Source of the DNA: Sphagnum compactum
Lineage: Eukaryota
Reading direction: 5' to 3'
Assembly: GCA_965153455.1 (NCBI GenBank)
Contig: OZ234494.1
Span: forward strand, 9,920,001 to 9,984,000
DNA: 64,000 bases
In this document: positions 12,610-26,729 of the stretch, piece by piece
Layout: each line of letters opens with the position of its first letter
Position numbering within the stretch: position 1 is the stretch's first letter
Position numbers and translations under genes: made by a program
Notes under the pieces: model-generated
Database searches by the model: none
Told to the model about the DNA's origin: nothing
The model's input: the letters and a program-made list of their open reading frames with translations, nothing else

Positions 12610-15600
12610 AGTGTAGTCCTTCCCATTCATAAGCTAGTTGAAGATAAACTTTTGATGGGATGCTATGGATTCACCAACTATGGTTGAAGACATTGGCACT
12701 TCCTTGGGCAAGAATATCCCTTAATTCACATAAGAATTATCCAAAAGAGAAGGAAGAAAATCTTGTTAGTTTCCTAACAATTTGATATCAAGAAATGCAA
12801 AACAAACTTTCTAGAATTTTCATAAACTTGGGTCGTCATGTTTTTTTTTTAAATGTAAAAATTCAAAGAGATTAATTCTCTTTAGAAAATATTGTGCCAT
12901 GTGAATTCAAACACATGATATTTACTAGATAGGCTATTATAATCCCTTTGCCAACAAGTTACAACTCCTTGTTTCATAGTTTTAGAAATCATGATCAAAA
13001 TGCAAATCTACATGTTGTAATAGATGCTTGGTATAAAAGTGATGAGGTAAAAATCCAAAGTTAATCTTACATTACATTCGTGAAAACTAAAACCATGAAA
13101 TTAGCTTGAAACAATGAAGTTCAAGGATCATGACAAGGGACATAACAATTTAAACAACAATATGAAATAAATTGATGTATGAAACATTTGAAAAATAGAA
13201 AATCTTGAGACCACATGAACCAACTACACAAGTAATGTGCTAAAACCTTGTCTATTAATAACTATTACACATTAATAGTTAGTTCATTCTAGATAACTAA
13301 GAAACAAATTCACACCACCAAATCCAACAATCCCCTTGGCCTGAAGAAAAAATCTTCAAACTTACACACAACCTTATTTTGTTCAACATTGAAAATAATG
13401 GTCCTTTTTTATCATTTCAATCAGTTTTTTAAAATTCTCACAAACCTACCACACTGTATTACATATTTAATGGTTAACTCATTCAAGATAGCTAAAAAAA
13501 CCAATTCAAACCACCACATCTCGCAATTTCATTGGCCATAACATTTTTTCTTCACACCTACACACAAAGTTTATTCAACATCCTCTTATAGTAATAAACT
13601 AATATTACACCTATTGGCTGTATACATACATGGTTAAAAATGGAAGGAAGAATATATGAACATTCAAAGATGGGAGTTTAATGAAATGGACACATTCCTG
13701 GATCGAAACTTCTATCAAAACTCTTGTACCAACTAATGTTCCTTCAAGTTTGTCCACTTTTATCCATGATAAAAAGATATTTTGGCATCATCTTTTCATG
13801 ATTCCAAGCTGCCAACAAGATATTTTGTGTGCGTGGAAAATGCTCATAAATTTGATAGAAAACAAACAAAAGAAATGGGGGTTGATCAAGATGAATCACC
13901 TTGGCAATTCTTGTTTATGATGTAGATGAAGTCATGATTAGAATTTTTTTTGAAGTGAGTTTAAAGAAGAATTTGATTACTTGAAGAAGAGTTAATATTT
14001 TTGCAATTATGTTGACTTGATTTCCAAATGATTGCCCTATTGTTGTTGTTGAGAAAGTAAGATGATTCTAATTAAGGTTTTGCAATTTGATTACTAGTTA
14101 GTAACAACACCCATTGATCCCTATAATTGGATATCCAGCAACAAGGAAGAAAAACTTCCACTAGAGGATGATGAAGAATAAGAAGAAGAAGAACTAGAGA
14201 AGTTTTTTGTTTCAAAAAATTTGCAAAAGGCTGCGTTCATAGTAAAAGGAGCCAAGGACTACGTGTACATGCATAAAATTTTGCACCCCCAAGACTTTGA
14301 AAAATGATTACATGAGTAGTAAGGATTAACATTTTAATGAAATCACTTTCAAAATGTTTGTATACTTATGAATTTCCATTAGAATGAATATTGTGCAATC
14401 TTGATATGTTTCATTGGTCATAAGTGTCTAGTAAGGAGTGGACAATTCAATGTGTATAGGGTGTTAAAATTTTTGAACATCCTTTATCTTATGTAAAACC
14501 AAACAGTTAATTTTGAGAAATTGTGGATGACCATATATTGATGATTATGAAAGCATGGTATCATTAAAATTTGAATATATGTTTTATTTTAATTATCCAC
14601 GATAGTCATTTTTTAGTGTCTAAATGTGCTTTTGATCACTAAAACTACATAATTTGAAAAACTTCCTCAAAAAGAAAACATACATTTTGGTATAAGCAAA
14701 GGCAAGGTTGCATTTTCATGAATATTGAAAATGTGCTATATAACATTATTTGTTTTTGTTGAATATGTTTTGCTCCATTTAGAATGATGTTAAAGAAAGG
14801 CATGTTTGATAAACTCAATGTATAATATATTATTGAAGGTTTGAAACACATATTATTTAAAAAATATTAACATGTTTACTTTTGTTGAAATCTACACATT
14901 TGATTTACTTGAAAATTATCATTAAAAAAAATAATTTAATTACATATTGTTTGAAAAATTCATGGAAACACATGTGAATTAAACTTTTTAAGTTGGCACT
15001 ATCATTCAATAATGGGCCCTATCCAAAACATGGAGGCCATGTTTTAAACTTGAAAAAGCACTGTCCTTAGAAAGGACCTGCGCACCTGAGGCCTATTGGT
15101 TCTTTTTCCTGTGAATGCACCCAAAAAAATTCAGCATTTGATGATAGTTTAATCATTGTGGTGGCGAACAAGCTTAATTGCATAAGCAAACAACTTTGTT
15201 CCTTTCTTGACATTGTGTTGTTTTTGGTAAAGTCTTCATTCCCTTTTTCATGTTGTGTTTTTTTAAGTCAAGTCTTTTTCCCTCATATCATATGCGCATC
15301 TCCTTTCAATAGACATTACTTCCATGCAACTAATTTTTAAAAAATATTTTTGAAAATTTATTTAAATGAAAATAGAATGTTTAAAATTGATTATGAAAAT
15401 ATATCTAAATTATTTTCAATTTTCATAAAATATTCTTTCAAGATTTTATTATTTCATAACATTTAAAATTAAAAAAAACATCTCTTTAATGTCACATGTT
15501 TCATAAAAAATATATGCCAGGACTTCTGGAGGGTTGTTTTCTTACACAGAAGTAAATATTTAAGTGGGTGCACAATTGTTTAGATTAATCAAGGTTGACA

Positions 15601-16665
15601 AAATGAGTTATGGTTTAGGTCAAACTAAACCAAATGAAGAGATGGGTACTAATATTCTAAAGTCATGAGGATCACCTCATCATGTGGGATGCTGATTCTA
15701 CACAAGACCAATTCATCCAAGTTTACTTTGAAGGAACAAGAACATTTGGGGAAGAGTTGTGAGTTACAAGATTATATTTTGTCTGAAGTACTTGATGGTG
15801 ACAAGTATTTGTGTAAATTTGTTCTCTCTCTTTACTAAATTGTGTCTTCAATTTCTTCTGTTGCAAGTTTAATATACACATGTTTAGCTTATGGGAAGAG
15901 AGGCACAGTAAATTATTTGTTCCGTGTAGTAGAGTTCTGAATCATCTCTTGTTTCACATGTACAGCAAAAATTTCAGCGCTTGCAGACTTCTGGCTTGGG
16001 CCCTTCACATGATTTCCACCTTTGATGACTATGGGAATTTGAACTGTTCATAAAATTTTGCTGTTCAGCTCTGGTTGCACAACAAACCCACAGATTTCTT
16101 GGCATTGAATTGGTAGAAAAGCAAGCATGACTAATCCTGGGAGCTTTGAATCAATAGAGCATACATATGAATCTTAAATCCTCCTAGAGTGTTGATCAGC
16201 TCTGCTGCCATAAAGAACCCACCTACTTGAAGGTGCTCCTCATTTCCTTTAGAGAAGCTGAAAGGAGGAAATTATAGAGATTGTGATGAAATTCTTATGA
16301 AACATGTGTCATTCAGGAAGTCAGGAAATTGTGTGTCAGCTGCTGATCAGTGGTTGGCTATATGATAAACCTGAAGGCTTGGCAAGGATTGTCTAGGTCT
16401 GAATTGGTGGGGTCGTGCAATATTACATAAACCACAATCATTGATTCCCTGGAACTAGATCAATGTCCAGAAAATTATGTGAAAGTTGAGTGTCCACATC
16501 CAAGCATTACAAGAGACACAATCAAATACTACACTGTGACAATGCGGTACCCTAGTGCAATCCTTCAACATCAGCTCGAGGTATACAGCCAGTAGTCAGG
16601 TTGAACAGAGAGTTCACTAGAGGTGGGATGGGTTACCATAAATTTATCCCCTACTAAAGGCATTA

Positions 16666-18646
16666 TTACTGCCAGAGAGAAACTGAGAATTCGTCGTCAT
16701 CATCAGGCTCCTGAACCACTGAGTTGATGCAACCAGACTTGAGGCTTGCATCCTCCCCATTCTGACACAGGAGCAAAACATCTTGAGGCAACTCGTGGGT
16801 CCTTGCAAATCTCAAATCATCTAACTGTTTGGCCTGATGCCACCATACATATGAGCTGTCATATGCCTCCATATTCAAGAAATTTTCCTGAAGAAGTGAC
16901 CCATCTGAACCTAGAGATGGATCCCACACACCTAGATCAAAGGATGCTGGGAGGAGTCCCCATGAATCCTGCAGGCCTAATGTTGCAGGATTGCCCAAGT
17001 TTCCATCATTCTCGAAACTAGGAAACACTGACTGGAAGCAGCAGGTAGGTGGATCTGGAACCTGCATGTCCTCCTCTGTGAGATACTCCGATGTTTGTTG
17101 TGTGATACAGAGGTCTTTGTCTTCCAGGATACCAGATTGAGGTGAGTACCCATTTACACCAGTCTGAGCTCGGATCTGACCCCAGCAGTCCAGGCTATGA
17201 TCATCCCCTGGAAGAAGCTCCTGCTCAGTAGTGCTGTAGTGTCCAAGGTTGCCTGGAAGAGGTTCCAGGTTTTCAAGTGGATCTGAGTTGACAAGGTCAC
17301 TGCAACCAGCAGAATCAGCTTCATCCTTCACATGCAGACTCATGCCTTTCTTGTCAGAGCTCAATCCAGTGGCCAGTGAAGTGCAACATCCTTGTACTTC
17401 ATTGACTGAGCTGCTGCTGCTTACAATATGATCAGGTTTCTTATTTCCAGTTTGCAGTACTTGAGATCCTTGCAGTGTTGGTTCGACTTTCCGGGGCTTC
17501 CTGGCTGCTGCTTCCAGAGCCTTACCCCTCCTGGCTGCTTCCCGAGCCTTAACCTTGACAAAGAATGTGATCTGATCCATGATTTCAGGGTCAGAATCAT
17601 CGAGTGAGAGATGCTCCGGTAGAGGGGAAAAGGAGTCTTTGGACTCTTGGAAATTGTAAGGGATGCTTTTCCCCGTGTAAAAAATCCCGGCATCGTATGC
17701 TCTGGCAGCCTCAAGGGAGGTTGGATACGTCCCCAGCCAAATCGTCTTCTTCCATCCCTTTGGTCGTATCTCCACCAGAAACCCTTTCACCCCTGGACGC
17801 ACACGGACGCCTCGGTACTCTGGCGGGGGATTTATTGACGCCGCCGCATGAGTCTCCACAATCTCAAGCTTCAAGGTACTCCCCTCTTGTGAAGCTGCTG
17901 GCGACTGGTGGAAGAAAGCTGCTTCATGGCCTGCAGTCAGATTCTTCCGTTGTAATTTAGCTTGATCTGAGCCCGTTGTCCCCACAGACCGCACCACGGC
18001 ACGCGCCGCGACTTGCACCCTGTTGCCAAAATTAGGTGACAATTGTTCAGAGATCGATCGTAACAAAAGATACGCAAAACATCGCGGCCATAGCAATCAA
18101 GACTGACAACACAACACTTGTCTGATTCAAGATCATCTTCTTCAGCCATAGATGCAAATACGTGAGGAGACGGACAAATTGGCCGTGAATGTAAGAAGAA
18201 GATGAAGCTTACAGTGAAGCTGGGCCCGAGCCGACGTTCTTCAAGGATGGTTTCCTGAGACCTGGTGCGATGATCTTCGGAGACTTGGTACTGCGGAGTT
18301 TGGCTGTGGAGTCGCTGCTGGCCAAGAGCGACTGCTTCGTGGCCAAAGGATGATGATGGCTCTTGGCCGTGGTGCGAAGCGCATTGAGTGACGACGTCCC
18401 AGCAGCAGCAGCGAGCTTACCATCAGCGCAGCATAGCCACGGCTTGACACCGAATTCCTTGGAGAACAACACCGTGGAAACCCGATCGAACTCGCGGCAT
18501 TCGCCACCACGTAAAGACGCAGCGGACGATCGCAGTCCGGTGAACAATTTGTCACATCCGAGCTTCGCTCTCCTGACGGCGAAATCATCAAACACCTGGA
18601 GCTCAGCCGTCCGCGGCTCCGAGGTACAAAGCTTCTGGTCCGGCAT
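16666..18646 (-). CDS. AP2/ERF transcription factor (single divergent AP2 domain), 2 exons (18646-18213, 18019-16666), 595 aa
   Basis: AP2 domain YRGVRVRPGVKGFLVEIRP..KTIWLGTYPTSLEAARAYD..YNF. Phase-2 intron CT|GTAAGC...CAACAG|G joins the two ORFs in frame. Acidic C-terminus ends in SLWQ (LWSY-like). Confidence 0.88.
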
Positions 18647-19008
18647 GTTGAAAGCTCACTCAATTTAACCAAACAAAGTCCCAAAAACACACCCCTCTGG
18701 TTCACAATCCCCCAGTCCCCGTCGTTTGCTTCGTTTATTCTCCCACACACCACCTAGCGTTCAAAGCTTCCAATCACACTCTCTTCAAAACCAACTGTAG
18801 AGCCCTCAACCACAAATCGATAGAACTCAATCCAAGTTTTCCATACAAAAGACCACTATGTTTTCCATCTGTTGCAACGCATGACATCTGAAAAAAAAGC
18901 TCTTGAACCTCTCCACCTTCACATATTTCCACATGGTACCTCACTGGGATCCAATGCCCCAAACCCCCAACTCTCTCAATCTCCCAACCGTCCTTCCTCT
19001 CCCCCGCC

Positions 19009-19067
19009 CTCTCTCTCTCTCTCTCTCTCTCCCTCCCTCCCTTCCTCTCCCTCTCTCTCTCTCTCTC
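19009..19067. repeat. Interrupted (CT/GA)n microsatellite upstream of the AP2/ERF gene
   Basis: Two (CT)n runs separated by CCCT units, ~360 bp upstream of the ATG. Possible GAGA/BPC-type element. Confidence 0.9.
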
Positions 19068-19339
19068 CCCTCTGTTCTGAGGTGTTTGATGAAATCTGCT
19101 TCTTTTTCGTGTATTTAAATCCAGAAGCATTGAGGAGTAGGCTAAAGCCCATGTGGGTAAGCCCAAGTGGGTCTAGAGGGCCACATTCCCCAAAAAGGGG
19201 CCCTTGGTTTAGGTGATAGCTGAGTCTGATCCCACGCTTTGGGAATGTGCTCCCCGCCCACCCTACCCATCGTAAAGCATGAGGCCAATGTTAGCATGAA
19301 CATAAACCATATGTATTTACCGAGATCATGTAAAATGTC

Positions 19340-19515
19340 CGAGAGGGTTCTTACACTTACTTCTTAAGAGTTGGAGGGATCTTACACCTATTATTAGTAA
19401 TGTATAAAATTTCTCTCTCTCTCACTTTGAAGGAGTACCTATACTTAAGATCAATTCCTTCTCTTTTCTTTTCTAATTAGGTACGAGGTTCATGGACATG
19501 AGGTGCCTTCCAAAA
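19340..19515 (+). repeat. Dispersed MITE-like repeat, copy 1
   Basis: GAGGGTTCTTACAC.TAC.....AAGAG..GGA.GG.ATCTTACA...AAGGAGTA...TTCATG.A.AT.AG.TGCC.TCCAAA is shared with ~23035-23185. A short inverted piece lies at ~35967-36000. Confidence 0.55.
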
Positions 19516-22500
19516 ATTACTGACACTAAGCAAGTTTCTCCAAGTATTTTCATGGCATGGGCATGACACAAATTACACAACTTTCCTTTTGACGTGGTGA
19601 AGTTTTTTACTCAGAAAAATATCAAAAGATGGGTCTTCGTTGGTCCAGGGTAATTATAGGCCAACAAGAATGTTTTGGTGACTCTCTAGGGAGGCAGGCA
19701 GAATCAGAGACCCCACACTCAAGAAGGGCAAAAGAGACTATAGGATCAATGCAGTTCTCATTTGGTTCCCAATTTTCAGGAATGTAGGTACTTTGTTTTC
19801 TTTGTATGTACTAAAGTTTGGCAACATATACAATGAGAGGGCTCTAACTTGTTATACAAAACCTAATTGCATTACCTATTTGAACTGTTGTTACTGGTTT
19901 GGAAGAAGGTTTAGTGGCCAGTTCTCTTGTAGACCCAATTCTCATGCAAAAATCAAGACATGTTTACATGCCACCAAAAAGCCATGTACTAGGTATGCAA
20001 CAAGCTCCTTGATCTTTAGTGCAGTTTAGAGTTTAGCCATCTGGGACTCCATTGCCTACCTTTGGCTGACAAAGGGCCAAATGGTGTCGTGGTGGTGTTC
20101 GTATGCATTTTGTGGTTTGTTTGCCTTTGTGCCACAAGAAGCCCCTAAAGGTGAAATTCTGAGTTGTATCTCGCTAATTGAAAATGTTTACTAGAGACCT
20201 TTTTGTCTTGGGTTCTTATCCCAGGAAAACAAACAAAAAAATAACGACTCCTATTCGCACGAGATTTTGATTCCATTCCAATGCTTTGTTTGACTTGTTT
20301 TAGCCCTCCTATGTACCCCAAGGAAAACACAACGTGTCAACATGTTGTGTTGCAAGTACGATATTTCTACATGCTTTTTGGTTGGTGACATCACGAACGT
20401 TTATCTGGATTATGTCCCTTGTTAAAGGGTTTGCTATATTTTATTCATTCTAATTTCTAGATGGTAACACCATGAGAACATTTTTAGCTGACTTAAGTTA
20501 GTTGCTTTTTATAAGCTCTCACTAAATTGTATTTCTTAGTTATATAACTTATACAATGGCATGTTTGTTTAGTGAATTATTAGACACAATAACAATAATA
20601 ATAATTAGGATTAGCAGGGAACCTTGCCTTGCAACTCAAGTAAAGTGCATTTCCCTGAATGGGACCCATGCATTCGTGTTACCATCTCTTGCACGGTGTA
20701 AGTAATGACTTCTTTTCATGTTAGTTTCATTGTTTTCATTGCTTGAGAGATACCATTGTGAAACATTGTGAAACATGTAGGTACCGTTTTGGGAAACCAT
20801 TTCTCTCCTTTCTCCCACTCATGAAGTAGGGTAGATTGCAAGGGGTATACCTTTCGTTTGCATTTGAAAGCACCTCCTTGTTATTCATGCATCAATATTT
20901 ACACAGACCTTCCACCATTCACATGCAGATCTTCCCCCATTTACATGAAAATTCTTTTTGTAATTCACAATTGGGAAGGCATGCAGATTTTCTTCCATTG
21001 GGGGAAGGGGCCTTCTCTTGGAAAGTCTCCCTAATTTTTGGGCCTACAATCTTTGAGGCTATAATCCTCAAATTTGAGCTCTGCGCTGCTGCGCACTACC
21101 AAAGACAGACGATGAACCTTTTTATTTATTATAATTATGTTTTCATATGGTTTTCAATAATTCATCCATTGTGTTTGTCAATGTCAAATTTACAGTACAA
21201 ATACTAAAGAAAAAGTTGAAATTTAACAGGATCTCTTTTACTTCATCCTCACAAATCAGACCTCCCAATTTTTTCATCCTTGCATGTGGGGCCTCTCCCT
21301 TCTTCATCCATGTTTTTCATCTTGGGTCAATGCTTTTGCTGTGTAAAGCTCATGGTTACTGAAAATTGAAACATTTATCACTCTCACCTCAAGTGTCCCT
21401 CATTTCGCTAAAGCCATGGTCCTAGGGCGGGCTTTACCTTGCACCTAACCATTCGTTCTATCACCATTAGAGGGTATGGGAACTTATATGTTAGGGAAAG
21501 CTGCAGGTTGGGTGCATTTCCAAAAATAAGGGTCCTGTGACCAGGTAGTGGTCAAGTTTGAACTACACATTTTGGCAATGTTCCTCCTCCAAGGGCTTAT
21601 AAACCCATATAAAGCATGAAAACATTGTCATGAACCTAAACATAGGTAAATTGTGACTTAAGTAAGGCTTCATTTTGCACTCATCACAAGCAATTTCAGA
21701 AGCAAAAAAAAAAATCAAAAAAATAATGCCCATCAGAAGAAATATCCTAAAAAAAAGGAACTTTTCACATGGAAAAGCAAAGTAAAAAATAGCTCATCAT
21801 AAAAAGGTAACCAAAAAAAGTACACTTATAATTGGATGAACGGCTAAAATGAACCAACACCTCCATTGGTAGGTTGGTACCTCAACCTTCTTGAGCAAGG
21901 CTGCTAAAAAATTAAAACCAAAATCAACTTGGGAAATGTTAAAATTTGACCTTGATTTAGTTTAATGATTAAATGTTTATAATGTTAATAAAACCCAAGA
22001 AAAGTAAAGGTTTTTCTTGTTTTTATCATGGTATCGTTGGAGATGTTGCCAACTAGTTCACTCATCCAAAGTATAAATGAAGTTAATAAAACATGTTTTT
22101 CTACTAAGTTATTAATAAGTTATGAATTAATTTTTATTTTTTTTATTTACTAAAACCCCAACCTTTTATCCTCTTTTCTTGTGTAAGCTTTCTAGACCTT
22201 TTGAGGATTCAACAAGTATGGGACAAGATCAACCTACATTGATGATACCTTCACCTTTGTATGGGAGCTGTTTTAGAGCCTATATTTAACTTGGGAAATG
22301 GTAAATTTGAACTCAAAAGTCTTGATTTAGTTTAAATATGGGATATTAATGGTTAGAAATAATTAAAATGTTCTTGGGGTCTTTATTAGTGTTGTGTGAT
22401 TATTAGAACTTTTTAATTATCGATGGTTTTGGTTTTTAAATTTTTCTTTAATCAAAGAACTGATATGGATTCAACTATTTCAGAATTAGAAAACTATCAG

Positions 22501-23034
22501 TTTTGATTATTTTAGAATCAAAGAACTGTAGGTTGCAGTTCTTTAAAAAACATTAAAAAATTGACAATTTTCCTTAAAAGATTGATAACGCATTGACAAT
22601 CATAAAGACGAGTTTTTGAAATATTCAAAAAAATTGAGAACCATCGTCATATACCAAAACAAATTCTTGTTTGGTTTGATAATTGATTCCGAGTTTGATT
22701 GGTTATCAAACTGTTTTTTGATTGAAGTTGAAAACTTTGGACAATTTGATGCGAATGTATTTATGTTTGAAGTGTGGTGCTACATGAATTTTTTTAAAAA
22801 ATAAAAAAATAATTCAGATTAATCCTAAAAAGTTCAAAATTTTCCTTGTTTTGGGTTAGTTTCATATTTTTTAATATTTACATTTTTGTGTGAAAAATCA
22901 AAAAATTGTCAACCTCTTGTCTGAAATGCATTTGTGAAAACCCATCACTTTCAAAAGCAAAATGAAAATGAACTTGTCACAAAAGGAAAAGTACATGAAC
23001 CCCTCGAACATACTCCAATGATTATGAGGCATAA

Positions 23035-23185
23035 GAGGGGAGGAGGGTTCTTACACCTACTCTTCAAGAGTGGAAGGGGATCTTACAAGTAGGCATAATT
23101 TCCCTCCTGCTCCTAAGGAGTAGGCGTAAGATGCATCGTTTTATGCAGGAGGAAGATCTTCATGAATATAAGTTGCCCTCCAAAC
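23035..23185 (+). repeat. Dispersed MITE-like repeat, copy 2
   Basis: Collinear similarity to 19340-19515. Confidence 0.55.
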
Positions 23186-23299
23186 ACATTAGGAAATTTC
23201 TTCATGTGCTTCGAGGTTTGTAAATTTGTTTCAATCCAGTACTATGATGAATCATCAGTTTTGTTCCTAGTCTAACACCTTTGATGACAACTTGCCAAA

Positions 23300-23590
23300 A
23301 GTTTGGAGTACCCAAACATGGGGGTGACTTGTAAATATAGGACAACAATTTTGGAGGTATCTAGTATCTAGTCCCAAATTTGGAAGCACCACCCATGTCT
23401 ACATAGCATCCAGGAAGAGCTATTTTGGAAATACATGAAGGTCTCAAATTTGGAAGCATAACAACCCATGTCTCCTTCTCATCTGTGACCTAACTCTTTT
23501 GGAAGTATGTACACGGTTTCCAATTTGGATGGATAACCCATCTCTTGACTGTATTTGTCATCCAGGACAATGGTTTTGGAAGTACCTAAC
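23300..23590 (+). repeat. Degenerate tandem repeat array
   Basis: Recurring TTTGGA(A)G(T/C)A units (about 8) and CCCAT(G/C)TCT units at irregular spacing. Confidence 0.5.
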
Positions 23591-24680
23591 CCGGATGAAC
23601 CTTGGGTTCCACAACAATTGTTTGGAATAACTGCATAATGAGATTTCTCTACTTGTTTAATTTCTTGATTTTTTTTTTTGCTGTTCGTTCTAATGGTTTT
23701 CCAATCGATTGACAAATTATTTTTTGAATTTGAAAAACTAATAATTGTTGCAAGACTACGAATGCACCAAGTTTGCTTATTTCGCGATCTAGTATTTATC
23801 TTAATGACATCAAACAATGTAGATATAAACCAACTATAAATCAAAGGTTAAAAGTTTCTCAAACATTTGAAAATGTGAGAATAATTTCTCGTACATGATT
23901 CAACTTGCCATTCAATAACTTTTTGTTCCTATTAGTGGTTGGATTTTGCTAATTTTTGCAATAGTTTGGAAATTGGGTCTTGCAAATAAGATTTTTGATT
24001 TTGATTTAAATACTATTGCCATAGTTATGGCATCGGCCACAGGATACCCCAAAACTACCTTTGATGACTCTACAAGTTGAGAGAGCACATGACCCGTTCC
24101 CCCATTCCCCACCCCTCACTTCGGTCCCCTCTCAACTTGTCACCAATTACAAATCTTTGAAAAGTTCACAACCCCAAACTTGGACAAGTTTCACATAATT
24201 CCAGTGATGATGGATCATTGGAGCTGGTTTAAGGGGTTTCAATAAGGGTGTCAATCCACATAATTCCACCTTCACAATTCCATGTCATAATAATTCCTTC
24301 ATATTTAATCTTTTCATATCATCATTCTTTCTATTGTGACATGTGGAAATTAACTGTTTTTATCCTCTCAAGCAACACAAACACATTTGAATTCAATTTA
24401 AGTCACAATTACATAAAATAAAAGGTTAAACTTTTAAAAATCTTATATCATTTGATGAGTTTTTTTGGACATAAATTCATGTAAATATTTTTGATAGGTG
24501 AAGATTGATTGAATCCCATGTTATGGAATATGGACATGAAAATGACTTCATGAATGAGCATGGAATTTTCTTTTAACATTTTTAATGATGAGAAATTTTG
24601 AAGAACTGGTATATGGGTGATTTTTTGGATTCTATCATCATATGATCCTCCTTGGACAATTCTAAAGATATTTCTTATCG

Positions 24681-24830
24681 TATTGTTGTCCCTAGGTATT
24701 TCTTAAGACAATTTCAGAAACAACAATCTCTCTTTCTTGGGCAACTTCAAAGACATTCCCTATGGTATAGTTGTCCCTAGGTATTTTCTAAGACAATTTC
24801 CTAATAATAACTGCCTCCTTTCTTACTAAC
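24681..24830 (+). repeat. Local tandem duplication, ~85-bp period
   Basis: TA(T)TGTTGTCCCTAGGTATTT..TAAGACAATTTC-like unit at 24681 and 24766. Confidence 0.75.
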
Positions 24831-26638
24831 TTTCCTAAATAACTATCTTGCTCCTTTCCTAACAACCAAACACAGACTCGATTGCCCCGCCGTACTATGC
24901 ACAGGTACTACTTCTCCCTTGCATGACAATAATGTAAGGTCCAAACCGCAAACTTCATAAAAGGCTTCGAACCTTCTATTGCCATATTGCAAATTTTCGG
25001 CCATGCCACCGTTCCCATGATACACAGGAATAAACAATAAACACCAAACCGATCTTCCTCACAAGGGGGGAATGTAATGTAGATGGGGACTTGTTGTTAC
25101 TAGCAAGCCTGGGGTCAATGCTTGTCACTAGGAAATAGAGGTTTTTGAAATGTGTGTAATCGCTTAGATCCAAGTGTCGGACAAGTCAAGTTTTTTGTGC
25201 TCCACGTGTTGTCAGTTAATGTGAAATCTGATTTGGGATGATTACTACTTTGGCCACATCACAAAATTGAAAGAAAAAGACCGACTGCAAAGCCAAACAA
25301 ACCTCCTCAAGTTGGTGTGATTGGTGAGGAGAGGTTGGCATTAAGGCTTGAGCCCTAATTCTTGGCTTGGGCCCAAAATTCTTTGCTTCGGATTCAAGGC
25401 ATATCTGTGGATTCATTAGAGAGTGAAATTCTTAAATTTGACTTCAAGCAACAAGTGTTAGGATAGAATCACTCATCAACAAACACAGGTACTGATTATC
25501 AAACAATTTTTAATATTTTCATCATTCATTAACCAAATTGAGTGATTTTTGTGTCATTGGATGTGCAAACTGGAGGGTTAGAAATGTTCTTTGAGCATCA
25601 GAAGTAAAGGAGCCATGCAGAAAACAAAAAAAGAGGGTGACTGATAATTTGTTTCGAACTTTTTGAAAACATTACCTCTAGACCTCTCTCTAGTTCTAGC
25701 CCCATCTCTTCCTCATTTTTATTAGTCTGTTTTGAGTGATTTAAAATCTGATGAGTGCACCAACTAGGGCTTTACAAAATTTCTTTGTATTCCCAAGTCA
25801 AAGATGTGACAATCAAAGATTCTGTTGTAATTCATCCACCATTGAACACTAAACCCCCTTACACCAAACACCCCATATCTTCTCACCAAATTGAGCAATT
25901 TTGGTGATGTTAAAAGTGATAGATGGAGGGTTACAAATGTTCTTTGAGTTTCAGAAGCAGAGGAACAATGCATGAGGATTCAACCTCCTTTGAGGTCTGA
26001 AGTGTTTGCTCACCAACTTATCTACTTTGAGTTCCAAACTGTTTGTTCACCAACCTATTTACCCTAGTTGTTAGATCGTGCAATGTGAAGACATGATAAA
26101 AAAAAATCCAATCTTACCAAATAACTTATTTAAGCCAATTGAACTTTTCAAGAAAGAGGGACATGGGGCATTGCAATTCCTAATTGTTTTCAACAATTAA
26201 TCAATGGTCACTGGTAGTGCACCAATGCTGAGCTCATGTATACAATATAACTTCTGTGTACATCTGTAATATTAGAAAAAATTTATTAAAAAAAATAGCA
26301 TGTGCCTTATAAAATAAAAGGAATTAGTTATTAGTAGGTTCAATTATTATGAAATAATGTTGATTAACTATCTTTTGATTGTATACGATGCTTACAGGGT
26401 CAATAAATTAATTGAGGCAAAATTGGCTTTAAGACATTTAAGTGAACATGGAGAAAAATGTTTAGAATTTTAAGTCTAACGTTTCTAACAATTAGGGTTT
26501 TAAACTTTAGGGTTATAGGGAGGCTACAATGATGTCTTCTTATATACTGCTTGGTTAGGGCTAAAAATGGGGGAAAGAAAGAAGGAAAGGGGGAAAAAAA
26601 AAGAGAGAGACTGGTGGGGAAGAAGAACCAAAGCTTAC

Positions 26639-26729
26639 GACGCATGAGAGGGAGCTTGCGAACACCATTAGAGAATATCTGAATGCTGAAGCCCAAAGCA
26701 GCCCCAACAAAAGTCGCAGTACCCACCAT
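26639..26729 (-). pseudogene. Exon 1 of mitochondrial complex I accessory subunit B14.5b (NDUFC2-like, cf. Arabidopsis At4g20150); exon 2 not found
   Basis: MVGTATFVGAALGFSIQIFSNGVRKLPLMR followed by phase-1 donor C|GTAAGC. Matches the recalled plant sequence pattern SATMVGALLGLGTQMYSNALRKLPYMRHPWEH. No HPWEH exon seen downstream. Confidence 0.7.

Noticed and set aside
13550-14700. Decayed coding-like stretch on the + strand
   Set aside because: Probably an old transposon ORF, but I could not identify a diagnostic motif.
20700-21360. Possible second Myb-like or transposon remnant on the - strand
   Set aside because: Similarity too weak to support by eye.
23300-23590. Repeat-spacer-like pattern (also 29394-29470)
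   Set aside because: Units are degenerate and irregularly spaced, the context is eukaryotic and there are no cas genes. Not a CRISPR array.
26490-26565. TTTAGGG-like telomeric motifs
   Set aside because: Only a few scattered units, not an interstitial telomeric array.
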